Shown here: in pieces, positions 19,742-29,491 of the stretch
How the letters are laid out: each line of letters opens with the position of its first letter
Position numbering within the stretch: the first letter of the stretch is position 1
Position numbers and translations under genes: made by a program
The notes under the pieces: generated by a model
Database searches by the model: none
Seen by the model: the letters and a program-made list of their open reading frames with translations, nothing else
Told to the model about the DNA's origin: nothing
NCBI GenBank assembly: GCA_965140585.1
Contig: OZ223270.1
Location: forward strand, 256,001-320,000
Length of the DNA: 64,000 nt
Source of the DNA: Spirochaetia bacterium
GTDB taxonomy: Bacteria; Spirochaetota; Spirochaetia; UBA9216
Direction: 5' to 3'

Positions 19742-20533
19742 TCAAATAAACCACTTAAAAATATTATAGATGCAGATACAGATGATGATACCCATTACGA
19801 TACAGAAGAGCTTGTCTACATCCTTATATGTCATTTTTCCAAGCAGCTTTGAGCCCATCACCCCTCCGCTTACACCGCCGACAATCATAAGAACAAGTGT
19901 AAGTCCACTGAACGGCGGAACATTACCCCCTGATACTGTAAAGATTAAATTTGCGAACTGTGAGAAAAATATTATATACAATGAGGTAAGCGCAGCTCTT
20001 TTAGAATCCATTGCAAAGAAAAAATAAAGAACCGCAAGATTAATAGGCCCCCCGCCGATTCCCAGAAAGCTGGCAACACATCCAAGTGTTATTCCGGTAA
20101 AAAGACAGAAAGCATTGTTTTTTATATGCAGCGGTTTGACTTTATCTTTGTTAAGAGTAAACACAAAGACCCCGGCTGTCATCATAAGCAGAAGAGAAGA
20201 CTGGATTACACCAAGAACAAGTTCATTACTGTAGGCGGCTTTTATTAGATCAAACAGAAACTTTCCTGCAAGCCCCCCGACTACGCCGCCTGCTGCCATC
20301 TGAGTTCCAATTCTCTTATCGAGGTGAATATCGGATTTTCTGTTTCGTATAAGAGAAGAGGCAGTCATAGATAAAACAGTACTGCCGGACAGAAATCCTA
20401 CTGAAGCAACGCTCATAGGGCTAAACAGATCGAGCAGCGGCTTGATTATCACGCCACCGCCTATACCGCTTATCGCGCCGACAATTGAAGCTATTATACT
20501 TATAAAAAAGTAAATTAATACAATAATACTCAT
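19742..20533 (-). CDS. TSUP (TauE/SafE) family membrane transporter
   Basis: Duplicated GIGGG motifs (GIGGGVIIKP, GIGGGPIN), about eight TM segments; start refined to MSIIVL. Confidence 0.88.
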   Translation of the reverse strand: MSIIVLIYFFISIIASIVGAISGIGGGVIIKPLLDLFSPMSVASVGFLSGSTVLSMTASSLIRNRKSDIHLDKRIGTQMAAGGVVGGLAGKFLFDLIKAAYSNELVLGVIQSSLLLMMTAGVFVFTLNKDKVKPLHIKNNAFCLFTGITLGCVASFLGIGGGPINLAVLYFFFAMDSKRAALTSLYIIFFSQFANLIFTVSGGNVPPFSGLTLVLMIVGGVSGGVMGSKLLGKMTYKDVDKLFCIVMGIIICICIYNIFKWFI

Positions 20534-20844
20534 CTTTGAATTCCGTTGACAGTTTAGATTATTATTGAAGTTTTTCAAAGACTGTCTTCAGAAAGTATTT
20601 CAATCTCTCCATTATAAAGCGTAGAATCAAAATAACCGAAATTACAGCATCGGAATAGGCGTCACAGCATTCAAACACAAGATAATCATAAACTTCAAAG
20701 GAGGCACAATTAAATTAGCAGGAAAAATGGTTTAAATATTTAGGAAGGTTTTAAAAAATTATAATGAGAGGCCTTTAATTGATTTATTTAATCTATATCA
20801 ATGTGCTGTATATAGTTACCGGTAACCGACAGCAAATACGGGCA

Positions 20845-21264
20845 TCAGTCAATTTCATAAAACTTAATCACCAGACCTTCGTCACCCCTGACGCCTTCTC
20901 CGCGGAATTTATTACTATGCAGATAGGGGGCAAGGGTCTTGCTGTCGGTATAAAATGTAGGGATAGTTTTAAAGGGTTTAGGCGCATCAAGATTGAAAAA
21001 GGCATTATTCTCGATATAGATTTTACAGGCAGCTCCTGTATTGTCAGTTCCTTCAGCCATATAACGGGCGGACATATGCTTTACACCGTTCACATCGACA
21101 AGCTGTGTATCAACTCCGCCTGGAAGCAGGTCACCGTTGAAGATTTCACTCTTAACTGACCCGGTAAAAGGAATCATAATGATCGATCCTGCGGGGCCGT
21201 CCAGCTGACTTCTTTCTTCCTGATTGATTTCAACAAAGACTTCCATCATAAGCTTATCGGCCAT
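20845..21264 (-). CDS. DUF3237-like beta-barrel protein
   Basis: MIPFTG, GGVDTQ, SARY, IYIEN motifs. Confidence 0.7.
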   Translation of the reverse strand: MADKLMMEVFVEINQEERSQLDGPAGSIIMIPFTGSVKSEIFNGDLLPGGVDTQLVDVNGVKHMSARYMAEGTDNTGAACKIYIENNAFFNLDAPKPFKTIPTFYTDSKTLAPYLHSNKFRGEGVRGDEGLVIKFYEID

Positions 21265-21325
21265 ATATCACTCCATTTAATTTCCTGTATTTAGAAACAG
21301 AGTCTAACCGCAAATCTTTAGAACT

Positions 21326-22168
21326 TCAATAGTGTACATGATTAACCTTCACATCCCGTATATTGAAGCAGGCGTAGCAGTACTCCAAACCATCCCTTAG
21401 CCATATAGCCTCTCCAAAAGATGTAATCTTTAAACCGTTGTTTTCTTTGTATTCAATTAAAGGGGTAGCCCATCGAAGCATCTCGTATGTGCCGTCTTCA
21501 TTCAGAAAGTACCGATCTTCGGATATGAAATTTACCATCTGTCCTGATTCATTGAAGTAGAGAGTGGCTGTTACACTTATTCCTTCATTTGTAAATGTAC
21601 CCTCTGCGGTAAGCTTGTCTATCTCACGCCAGCTTATCCTTGAATCTATAAGTGAAGAAGGAACAAGAACACACATATCATTGAAGACTGTTACGGTCTC
21701 ACCCTTGTTCATCTCCGGCGCTCTGGCATCTGCTACCTTAAAAAGATCGAGAATTTTAACTACCATAGTAGCCTTTGCTGTTTCATAATGATGAAGGCCG
21801 AATATTTTAAGTCCCATAAATTTCATCTTCATAAAAAACAATCTTGCCGGACTTTCTATAAAACTGCTCTGCTGAACCGGAGCCCAGCCCCTATCAGGAC
21901 TCATCTTAAAATCTCCGTCTATCTCCGCTGTAAAAAACTTCACCTTCTCTGTTCCGACGGATCCTGTATACTCAAGGTATTTTCTGACAGGTTCAGGAAG
22001 AGGGGCAAGATCCTCAGATGTAATCAGTTCGGATTCAGAGGCAGGCAAAGATTCAGTAAGACGTTTCCCCTGATTTTTAAAGTTCCTGTAAGTCGATTTT
22101 AAATTTACTATTTTATTTTCCTTTGTGATAAAATCTCCGATACTAATAACAAACACATTAAAACGCAT
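21326..22168 (-). CDS. DUF6544-like hypothetical protein
   Basis: LPEPVRKYL, RLFFM, ETVT-FND, SEDR and GEAIW motifs; start uncertain. Confidence 0.65.
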   Translation of the reverse strand: MRFNVFVISIGDFITKENKIVNLKSTYRNFKNQGKRLTESLPASESELITSEDLAPLPEPVRKYLEYTGSVGTEKVKFFTAEIDGDFKMSPDRGWAPVQQSSFIESPARLFFMKMKFMGLKIFGLHHYETAKATMVVKILDLFKVADARAPEMNKGETVTVFNDMCVLVPSSLIDSRISWREIDKLTAEGTFTNEGISVTATLYFNESGQMVNFISEDRYFLNEDGTYEMLRWATPLIEYKENNGLKITSFGEAIWLRDGLEYCYACFNIRDVKVNHVHY

Positions 22169-22213
22169 AAGTTGTTACCGCTTTATTCTAATATTAAAAG
22201 TAAGGTCAGTCAT

Positions 22214-23809
22214 ATGAAAAAAATAATAATTCTAATGTTCTTCGCGTTAAGCTTATCAATTTTATCCTGCCGCAGCATCCCGGAAAAAGTAGATATTTTA
22301 GATACAGACGATTCTGCATATCAGACCGGTACAGAATTAGAAGCCTCAGAAAAAATGAAGTATTGGAACAGTCCGAAAAAAGGAGCAAACTACTTCCCCT
22401 TGAACTATAATTCTGAATATTTCAAAGCTGCTGCAGACGCAGGAATTCAATACATCAGGTTAGGACCAAATCTTCTTCCGGCAGCGGAAAAGGATTTCCT
22501 GATTGGAGATCTGGATAACTATCAAACAATAAACAGGGCTGATCTTGAAGTACTTCTTGATATTCTTGATGATGCCGAAAAAAGCGGGATTGCTGTAATA
22601 CTTACCATGTTCGAACTGCCCGGTCACAAATACGGAAATCCCAACGAAGAGGAAACAGACTGCCGCCTGTGGAATGATCAGGAATACTGGGTGCAGTCAT
22701 TTCAATTCTGGAGGGATCTGGCCGCAGCAGTTAACGACCATCCGGCGGTTGCAGCCTACAATCCTATAAATGAGCCGGTTGCCGCATATGCTTTCGGGTT
22801 TGATGAATCTGATTCGTCATTCAGGAGATGGCTGAAAGCTACTGAAGGCACCACCGCCGATCTAAACCTCTTCAACAAAATGATGGTGAGAGCAATCCGT
22901 AAAGAAGACACCAACACTCCGATAGTACTCGACGGGTATTTGTGGGCTGATCCCAAAGGAATGCCGTATACCGAGCCGGTGGACGATCCGTACATCCTGT
23001 ATTCATTTCACAACCCGGTGCCGTGGAACTTCTCATCACTAAGCGAAAATATGGGGCGTTACAGTTATCCTGATGCGATGCCGGCATACTGGAATGGGCC
23101 GCAGGAAGTCTGGGATATTAACCGGCTGGCAGAACTTCTCAAACCGGTTGAAGAATTCGCAGCAGAAAACGGTATCCCGTCAAACCGTATTATCGCTGCC
23201 GAGTTCTGGTGCAATCGGAGAATCGCCGGATGTGATGAGTATCTGAATGATTTAATTCACCTATACAACCGCCGTGAATGGCATTGGAGCTTCTGGTCGT
23301 ACCGCTGCGGCGGAACATTTACGGCTTATGAATATGAACTTGGAGATGCACCCGATTCCGGTGAGTTTATAGTAAAGACAAAAAAAGAAATCCAGAAAGC
23401 TGAAGATCTGTATAATTATACCGACAACAGAAGCTGGCGGGTACTCAGCGCCGCTCTGAATAACACTGAGCCTGATTTTTCAGGTCTTGAGCCAAAGCCG
23501 GTATCTACAGCTGAACTTGCAGGGCTTATATCAAATCTCGGCGATGAGGAGTGGATTATCCGGGACAAGGCTGCTTTACGCCTAGCTGAATCCGGAACCT
23601 GCGCTGCAGAGGCAGTACCGGATCTTATCAGGCTTCTTAATGATGAAGAGTGGATAGTCAGGCGTTCCACCATTTACGCACTTTCTAAAATTGTGCAGGT
23701 CGATGATGAGAAAGTTTGGAATAAAGTAGATAAACTGAAAAATGATGAGGAAGAGGCTGTCAGGATTCAGGCTGCTCTTGCTCTCGGCCCGTGGAAAAAT
23801 GGATTATAA
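22214..23809 (+). CDS. GH5 glycoside hydrolase lipoprotein with C-terminal HEAT repeats
   Basis: Lipobox ILSC; NPINEP acid/base, YSFH, AAEF nucleophile, WSFW; three D-E-E-x-x-x-R HEAT/PBS-like repeats. Confidence 0.82.
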   Translation: MKKIIILMFFALSLSILSCRSIPEKVDILDTDDSAYQTGTELEASEKMKYWNSPKKGANYFPLNYNSEYFKAAADAGIQYIRLGPNLLPAAEKDFLIGDLDNYQTINRADLEVLLDILDDAEKSGIAVILTMFELPGHKYGNPNEEETDCRLWNDQEYWVQSFQFWRDLAAAVNDHPAVAAYNPINEPVAAYAFGFDESDSSFRRWLKATEGTTADLNLFNKMMVRAIRKEDTNTPIVLDGYLWADPKGMPYTEPVDDPYILYSFHNPVPWNFSSLSENMGRYSYPDAMPAYWNGPQEVWDINRLAELLKPVEEFAAENGIPSNRIIAAEFWCNRRIAGCDEYLNDLIHLYNRREWHWSFWSYRCGGTFTAYEYELGDAPDSGEFIVKTKKEIQKAEDLYNYTDNRSWRVLSAALNNTEPDFSGLEPKPVSTAELAGLISNLGDEEWIIRDKAALRLAESGTCAAEAVPDLIRLLNDEEWIVRRSTIYALSKIVQVDDEKVWNKVDKLKNDEEEAVRIQAALALGPWKNGL

Positions 23810-25138
23810 TATCCTTCCCGAACCGAAAACATCCCGGCACCAGAAGCCGCTGTCCTTGACTGTCCGCTTCTGCGTTTTCATGTCGACATGTACAACACCG
23901 TACTTAAGGCTGTAACCCGAACTCCATTCAAAATTATCAAGAAGCGACCAGACAAAAAAACCTTTCAGCGGAACACCGTTCTGCTGCGCTTTATGAGCGA
24001 TATTGAAATGCTCCCTTAGAAAGTTAACCCGGCTTTCATCATGAACCCGCCCATCAGCCGGTGACGGATCATCAAAGGCCGCTCCATTCTCTGTAATATA
24101 AACAGCCTTCGGACTGTAAGCTGACTGAATATTCATAAGTGTATCGTAGAGGCCCTGAGGATAAACCTCCCTGTCGGCGCTGTGACTCACAGCCTGCATC
24201 GGAACACTTTCAGTTTCCAGCAGGCCGCCTTCAGGGCTGTGTTTCACTACAAGAGCGTTGTAGTAATTAACGCCGATAAAATCCAGGGGTACTGCTATAG
24301 CCTTGATATCCGCATCGCTCACAGCCGGCATTGAACTTTCATAAAACTCAAGCATATCATTCGGATAGCCTTTACCAAAAATAGGATCAAAGAACCAGCG
24401 GTTGAAGTAGCCGTCAAATCGAGCCGCCGCAGCATTATCCTCATCAGAATCAGAAGCCGGATACACCGGAAGGTAATTCGGCCCGATCCCGTATTCAACG
24501 TTATCAGCATTGCCTCGAATCGGTGCAGCGGCAAGCCCGTGCGACAGCAGCAGATGGTGTGAAGCTGTCAGAGTATCCTTAAGATCTCCGTATCCGGGGG
24601 CAAACTCACCGTGATGCATCCCGAGAAAGGTCACGCACCATGGCTCATTATGGCTTATCCATTTTTTTACACGGTCTCCCAGTTTTCTGCTGACTGCATC
24701 AGCATATTCAGCAAAGAGAAAGACTGTATCCCGGTTAACCCAGCCCCCTTTATCCTGCAGGCTCTGAGGGAGGTCCCAGTGATAGAGTTTTGCAAATGGT
24801 TCAATCCCGGACTCAAGAAGTTCATCCACAAGGCGACTGTAAAAATCAATGCCTTCAGGGTTGAGAACTCCACCCTTCATGACCCTGGGCCATGCAATTG
24901 AAAAAAGGTAGGCGCCGGCATTCAGGGATTTCATAAGTTTTACATCTTCCCTGTACAGGTGATAATGATCACAGGCCGTTGCACCTGAGGAGCCGTCTTT
25001 TATCTTTCCCGGAATTTCACAGAAAGTATCCCAGATTGACGGCTCTCTCCCGCCTTCTTTTACAGCCCCTTCAATCTGGTATGAAGAGGTCCCGAATCCA
25101 AAAATAAACTCTTTCGGAAAATCAAATTTCATTTTCAT
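23804..25138 (-). CDS. GH1 beta-glucosidase
   Basis: TSSYQIEGA, YHWDLP, HNEP, ITENG, WSLLDNFEW. Confidence 0.95.
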   Translation of the reverse strand: MKMKFDFPKEFIFGFGTSSYQIEGAVKEGGREPSIWDTFCEIPGKIKDGSSGATACDHYHLYREDVKLMKSLNAGAYLFSIAWPRVMKGGVLNPEGIDFYSRLVDELLESGIEPFAKLYHWDLPQSLQDKGGWVNRDTVFLFAEYADAVSRKLGDRVKKWISHNEPWCVTFLGMHHGEFAPGYGDLKDTLTASHHLLLSHGLAAAPIRGNADNVEYGIGPNYLPVYPASDSDEDNAAAARFDGYFNRWFFDPIFGKGYPNDMLEFYESSMPAVSDADIKAIAVPLDFIGVNYYNALVVKHSPEGGLLETESVPMQAVSHSADREVYPQGLYDTLMNIQSAYSPKAVYITENGAAFDDPSPADGRVHDESRVNFLREHFNIAHKAQQNGVPLKGFFVWSLLDNFEWSSGYSLKYGVVHVDMKTQKRTVKDSGFWCRDVFGSGRIL

Positions 25139-25149
25139 TCCTTAATCAA

Positions 25150-25998
25150 TCAGCCTTTAACACTGCCCAGGGTAACACCCTTGATAATATGTTTTGACAG
25201 AAGCAGGTATACAATCATCAGCGGAACAATAGCGACAAAGATAAGCATATAGACCTTGCCCAGATCAAACTTCATGTAGTCGGCACTCCTCAGCTGGGCA
25301 ATTAGAATAGGAACCGTCTTCTTAGCCTTGGAGTTAATTATCAGCGCCGGCATGAAATAATTATTCCAGGATGTAACAAAGGAGAAGATAGCCTGTACTG
25401 CCATTGCCGGCTTTAAAATGGGCAGAACAATTGTGTTGAATGTTCTTATCTCGTTTGATCCGTCCACCCTTGCAGCTTCAACTATCTCGAAGGGCAGAGA
25501 TGCTTCCATGTACTGAAGCATGAAGAAGAAAACTATAGGAGAGGCTACGGAAGGTACTATAAGCGGAATAAAACTATCCATCAGTCCCATTTTCATAACC
25601 AGCTGAATGAAGCCTGCGGCGGAAACCTGAGGAGGAACCATCATCACAAGCATAATAAATCTGAATGCAAACTCCCGCCCCTTAAACCGGTACATGTGAA
25701 TAGCATAAGCTGTCATTGCCGAAAAATAAGCGGTAAACAGTGCAGTAACAGTCGAAATAAAAACCGAATTCCCAAGGGCCTGTACTATCGGAATGTTCTC
25801 ATCGGTAAAGAGACTCTTCCAGTTCAGAAAAAATGAGTTCCCCGGAAGAATAGAAAAACCTTTAATTATCTGACCGTGAAGTCTGGTTGAATTTATGATC
25901 AGAATTATAAACGGGAAAAGAGATATCGCAGCAAGTAGAATCAGACCTGCGTAGCATAATCCGCGCTGCAGCTTTATTGTATTCAGTTCATTTCTCAT
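25150..25998 (-). CDS. Carbohydrate ABC transporter permease
   Basis: EAARVDG EAA loop, WNNY, GSVKG C-terminus. Confidence 0.93.
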   Translation of the reverse strand: MRNELNTIKLQRGLCYAGLILLAAISLFPFIILIINSTRLHGQIIKGFSILPGNSFFLNWKSLFTDENIPIVQALGNSVFISTVTALFTAYFSAMTAYAIHMYRFKGREFAFRFIMLVMMVPPQVSAAGFIQLVMKMGLMDSFIPLIVPSVASPIVFFFMLQYMEASLPFEIVEAARVDGSNEIRTFNTIVLPILKPAMAVQAIFSFVTSWNNYFMPALIINSKAKKTVPILIAQLRSADYMKFDLGKVYMLIFVAIVPLMIVYLLLSKHIIKGVTLGSVKG

Positions 25999-26951
25999 TT
26001 CAGCTGTCCTCTCTTTCCGTTTCCGTAATAGCTTTTCATAGTGATGTTGTAAACGACAAAACTGAGTACTGCAGTTACGATAAAAATCAGTGTGGATACT
26101 GCGCCTCCCAGTCCGAAGTTCCTGCTGAAGAGGTGTTTATTCAGATACATAATTAAAGTCATTGTAGTACGGTTAGGAAGTCCGTCTCCTTTGGTTAAAA
26201 CCTGTGGAACGTCGAACATCTGGATACCGCCGATTAAACTTGTAATCATCACATAGGCAAGTATGGGTAGAAGCAGAGGCATAATTATCCGGAAAAAAAT
26301 CTGCAGCGAATTCGCACCGTCCATCCTTGCGGCTTCAAACAGGCTTTCATCTATGCCCATAATTCCGGCCATCAGAAGAATTGTCGTGTTGCCGTACCAC
26401 ATGAGAAAATTCATTAGAGCAACAAGTCCGCGAGCAGTCGTTTTAATTGCAAGAAACCTTATCGGTGTTTCGGATATTCCCAGGCTCTGAAGAATACTGT
26501 TTACCGGACCTGCATCAGAAAATAGTGTAAAAAACAGCATTGAAAATGCCGCAGCCATGATCAAGTTAGGCAAATAGACAACCGTCTTAAAAAACGGCTG
26601 GGCCTTAAGTTTCAGCTTGCTGCTCGTAAACCAGACTGAAAGAACAAGTGAAATTACAATCTGCGGAACAAAACCCATCAGCCACATAACAATTGTATTC
26701 CAGGCATATTTGGGAACATCGGAATTAAGAAGTATTTCCGCATAGTTTTTAAGACCTACAAAATTCGGGCCTACCTGAAGAAGTCCGATTCTGTAATTCT
26801 CAAAAAGACTGTTATAAAAAGTTGATATCAGCGGTATAAGAGTAAATGTAATGTAGATCAGAAAAAACGGAGCAAGAAAAATATATCCCCACCGCGAATA
26901 GCTGATACTCTTTTTGCCCGGTGCAGCACTATTACGCATAAAGATCCTCAT
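25995..26951 (-). CDS. Carbohydrate ABC transporter permease
   Basis: FVGLKNY, EAARMDGA, QMFD. Confidence 0.93.
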   Translation of the reverse strand: MRIFMRNSAAPGKKSISYSRWGYIFLAPFFLIYITFTLIPLISTFYNSLFENYRIGLLQVGPNFVGLKNYAEILLNSDVPKYAWNTIVMWLMGFVPQIVISLVLSVWFTSSKLKLKAQPFFKTVVYLPNLIMAAAFSMLFFTLFSDAGPVNSILQSLGISETPIRFLAIKTTARGLVALMNFLMWYGNTTILLMAGIMGIDESLFEAARMDGANSLQIFFRIIMPLLLPILAYVMITSLIGGIQMFDVPQVLTKGDGLPNRTTMTLIMYLNKHLFSRNFGLGGAVSTLIFIVTAVLSFVVYNITMKSYYGNGKRGQLK

Positions 26952-26962
26952 TGTAGTTTATA

Positions 26963-27024
26963 AGCGGACAGGGAATATCCCCTGTCCGCTGTTTGAGAAT
27001 ATGAACCGGCTCAGCCTGAGCCGG
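26963..27024. other. Two intercistronic hairpins downstream of the SBP gene
   Basis: AGCGGACAGGG...CCCTGTCCGCT (26963-26990) and CCGGCTCAG-C-CTGAGCCGG (27006-27024); a typical position for SBP mRNA stabilisers. Confidence 0.6.
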
Positions 27025-27035
27025 CCAACTTCTCA

Positions 27036-28370
27036 TTATTTGGATAAGTTAGGATACAGTTCGGTAACAGCTGTGTAAAAGTTGTTCCAGGCCTGTTCCT
27101 CTGAAATTGTTCCGTTGAAGTAGTCACTGAAAGCATTCTGAAGCTTTTCTGTCATTCCCTGATCATAGGGGCTCATATTGCTTCTGTCTATACTTTTTGC
27201 AGAGTCAAGAAGAACTGATATGTGGTTCTGTCCAGCAAGGAATTTGTTGCTGTATTCGCTCTTTGCCATGTTACCCATAGCTTCTTCGTTATTGGTGAAG
27301 TCACCGTATTCCATTGCGATTGATTTTAGAGTTTCTTCATCACAGGTGAGTGTGTACATTACGCTGCGGATAAGATCGATATTGTCGCTTCCGGCTGCGC
27401 CGCAGATCCATGTTCCTCCCCAGCTGAATCCCTGAGGCCCCTTAACCAGAGCCCAATCCCCGTAACTTCCGTTTCCAACAGCCTTGGCACCGTTTGGATC
27501 TTCAAGAGTAGCAGGAGCAAGACAGAAATCCTGGAACCAGCTCGGTCCGAAGTATCCGAAAACCTTACCTGACAGAGTTGCACCCTGAAAGCTTTCTGCA
27601 GACCAGAGGTTTGCCTTGTTGTTGTAGCCGTTCTCTGAGTAGAGTTTAGTCTGAGCAATCCATCTTTTAATGGAAGGATCTATGTTTATCTTGTTGCCGT
27701 CTACCCATGCACTGCCCATATTATCAGAGAAAACACGGAAAGCATCATCATAACCGCTGAGCATGAAGTATCCCTTGGCCTTTGCATCTGCAGCAACCTT
27801 GTCGAATTTATCCCAGCTTGAAAGAGCAGCCTGAACATCTTCAGGTTTGTCAGAACCGATTACAGCCTTTGCAATAGATCTTCTATAGATAAAACCGCCC
27901 GGACAGGCCTGCCATGAAACGCCCTTAAGAACACCGTTTTTATCTGTCATGATATCTTTAGTGTACTTATACTGTTTTGACACATCAGCCTGAGTAAGTC
28001 CGACTTCATTTATGACATCGAGCGTGTAGGGAGTATCAACATATTTAAGAGCATAGTCAGCTTCAACAAGAAAGATATCAACTTTCTCATCATCAGCGAT
28101 ATTTTCCTGCTGAAGAAGTGCTTCATCAAGTTTGTTCTGGTAAGCATTTCCTTCATTAGGAGTAATTACCCAGTTGACTGTTACACCTTCGGGGATTAAT
28201 CCCTTTTCTTCAAAATACGCCTTGAAACGAGTCTGAAATTCCTCATTCCAGCAGTAGATGTTGAGAACCTTGCCCTGTTCTTTGGCAGTCTCCTTTTCTG
28301 CAGTTCCTCCGGCAAAAAGGCCTGTTACTGTAAGAAGCAGGCATACCGAAACGATTAGCATTCTTTTCAT
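27036..28370 (-). CDS. Carbohydrate ABC transporter solute-binding protein (cellobiose/cellodextrin likely)
   Basis: Signal peptide FAGG..E, WGGTW motif, operon with GH94/GH1. Confidence 0.88.
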   Translation of the reverse strand: MKRMLIVSVCLLLTVTGLFAGGTAEKETAKEQGKVLNIYCWNEEFQTRFKAYFEEKGLIPEGVTVNWVITPNEGNAYQNKLDEALLQQENIADDEKVDIFLVEADYALKYVDTPYTLDVINEVGLTQADVSKQYKYTKDIMTDKNGVLKGVSWQACPGGFIYRRSIAKAVIGSDKPEDVQAALSSWDKFDKVAADAKAKGYFMLSGYDDAFRVFSDNMGSAWVDGNKINIDPSIKRWIAQTKLYSENGYNNKANLWSAESFQGATLSGKVFGYFGPSWFQDFCLAPATLEDPNGAKAVGNGSYGDWALVKGPQGFSWGGTWICGAAGSDNIDLIRSVMYTLTCDEETLKSIAMEYGDFTNNEEAMGNMAKSEYSNKFLAGQNHISVLLDSAKSIDRSNMSPYDQGMTEKLQNAFSDYFNGTISEEQAWNNFYTAVTELYPNLSK

Positions 28371-28405
28371 ACAAATCCTCCAAATTTATTTTTATATGAA
28401 ACCTT

Positions 28406-29419
28406 TCACTTCAGGTTTAAATCACATACTGATGCCCCGGGAATAAGTTCGCCGGGTACTGAAATAACTTCCGGACTGAAGCTGTCGGAGCTCTCAATAT
28501 TACGAATCAGCTGATAAGCCATCTGCTTTCCAAGCATCTCACCATTCTGTCTGTATGTCGTCAGCGGCGGATGAAGAAGCCTTGAAAGCAGTATTCCGTC
28601 ATAGCCTGCAACCGAAATATCCCTTCCTATTTCAAGCTGCATCTCCTGAATCACCTTGATGCCTCCAAGAATTGCAAAGTCATCCGGATACAAAATACAG
28701 GTCGGCGGTTCTTTCATGGCAAGAAGCGATCTGGTGGCTTCTTCGCTCTGCCCCGGTTCGTGATACATTCCTTCCAGAAGAAAATCCGCCGGAACTGAGA
28801 TTCCGTTTTCACCGCAGACTTCCAGAAACGATTCAAGGCGCTGACTGGTTACATCAGTGTCCTCTCCGTAGATAAAGGCAATTCTCCTGTGACCAAGGCT
28901 GACCACATGCTCGGTAAGCTTCCTCATACCTTTAGCATTGTCACTCACAACCGCAGTATGACCATCTACAACATGGTCAAGGGTTGTAACCGGGATACCG
29001 CTTGTAAGCAGCTGGATGATATCAGGCTTAGAATAATCAACTACAACCATGGCAATACCGTCGCATCCGCGGTATCTTGTATGCTTGAAATAATTATCCT
29101 GGCCGCCCAGATTGTTGCTGATAAAGGTTATGTCATAACCCCTTGATTCCGCCTCAACCTTGAGACTGTCGAATATGGTGGCAAAGTATCCGTGCTGGAG
29201 CCCGCTATTTGTTTTATCTTCGAAAATTACGCCGATATTGTATGTCCTGCTTGTTTTGAGCGCACGTGCAGCTGAGTTGGGCTGATACCCAAGCTCTTCG
29301 GCCGCTGCCCTTACCCTCTTCGCGGTCTGTTCTCCTATTTCCCGGCTGCCGTTTAGCACCTTGCTTACAGTGGACAGTGAAACATTGCATTTTTCAGCTA
29401 CATCCTTCAATTTAGCCAT
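28406..29419 (-). CDS. LacI family transcriptional regulator
   Basis: LKDVAEKCNVSLSTVSKVLN HTH, YQPNSAARAL hinge. Confidence 0.95.
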   Translation of the reverse strand: MAKLKDVAEKCNVSLSTVSKVLNGSREIGEQTAKRVRAAAEELGYQPNSAARALKTSRTYNIGVIFEDKTNSGLQHGYFATIFDSLKVEAESRGYDITFISNNLGGQDNYFKHTRYRGCDGIAMVVVDYSKPDIIQLLTSGIPVTTLDHVVDGHTAVVSDNAKGMRKLTEHVVSLGHRRIAFIYGEDTDVTSQRLESFLEVCGENGISVPADFLLEGMYHEPGQSEEATRSLLAMKEPPTCILYPDDFAILGGIKVIQEMQLEIGRDISVAGYDGILLSRLLHPPLTTYRQNGEMLGKQMAYQLIRNIESSDSFSPEVISVPGELIPGASVCDLNLK

Positions 29420-29428
29420 TTATGCTCC

Positions 29429-29464
29429 TTTCTGATTTACTACAACGTTGTAGTAAATCAGAAA
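29429..29464. promoter_or_regulatory. 36-bp perfect palindrome, LacI-type operator
   Basis: TTTCTGATTTACTACAAC|GTTGTAGTAAATCAGAAA immediately upstream of lacI-2. Confidence 0.75.
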
Positions 29465-29491
29465 AATAAAACCAATCCAAGCCCCGCATTC

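Noticed and set aside
23543-23760. GATGA(G/A)GAGTGGAT repeats about 99 bp apart
   Set aside because: Protein-level HEAT repeats, not a CRISPR or DNA repeat array.
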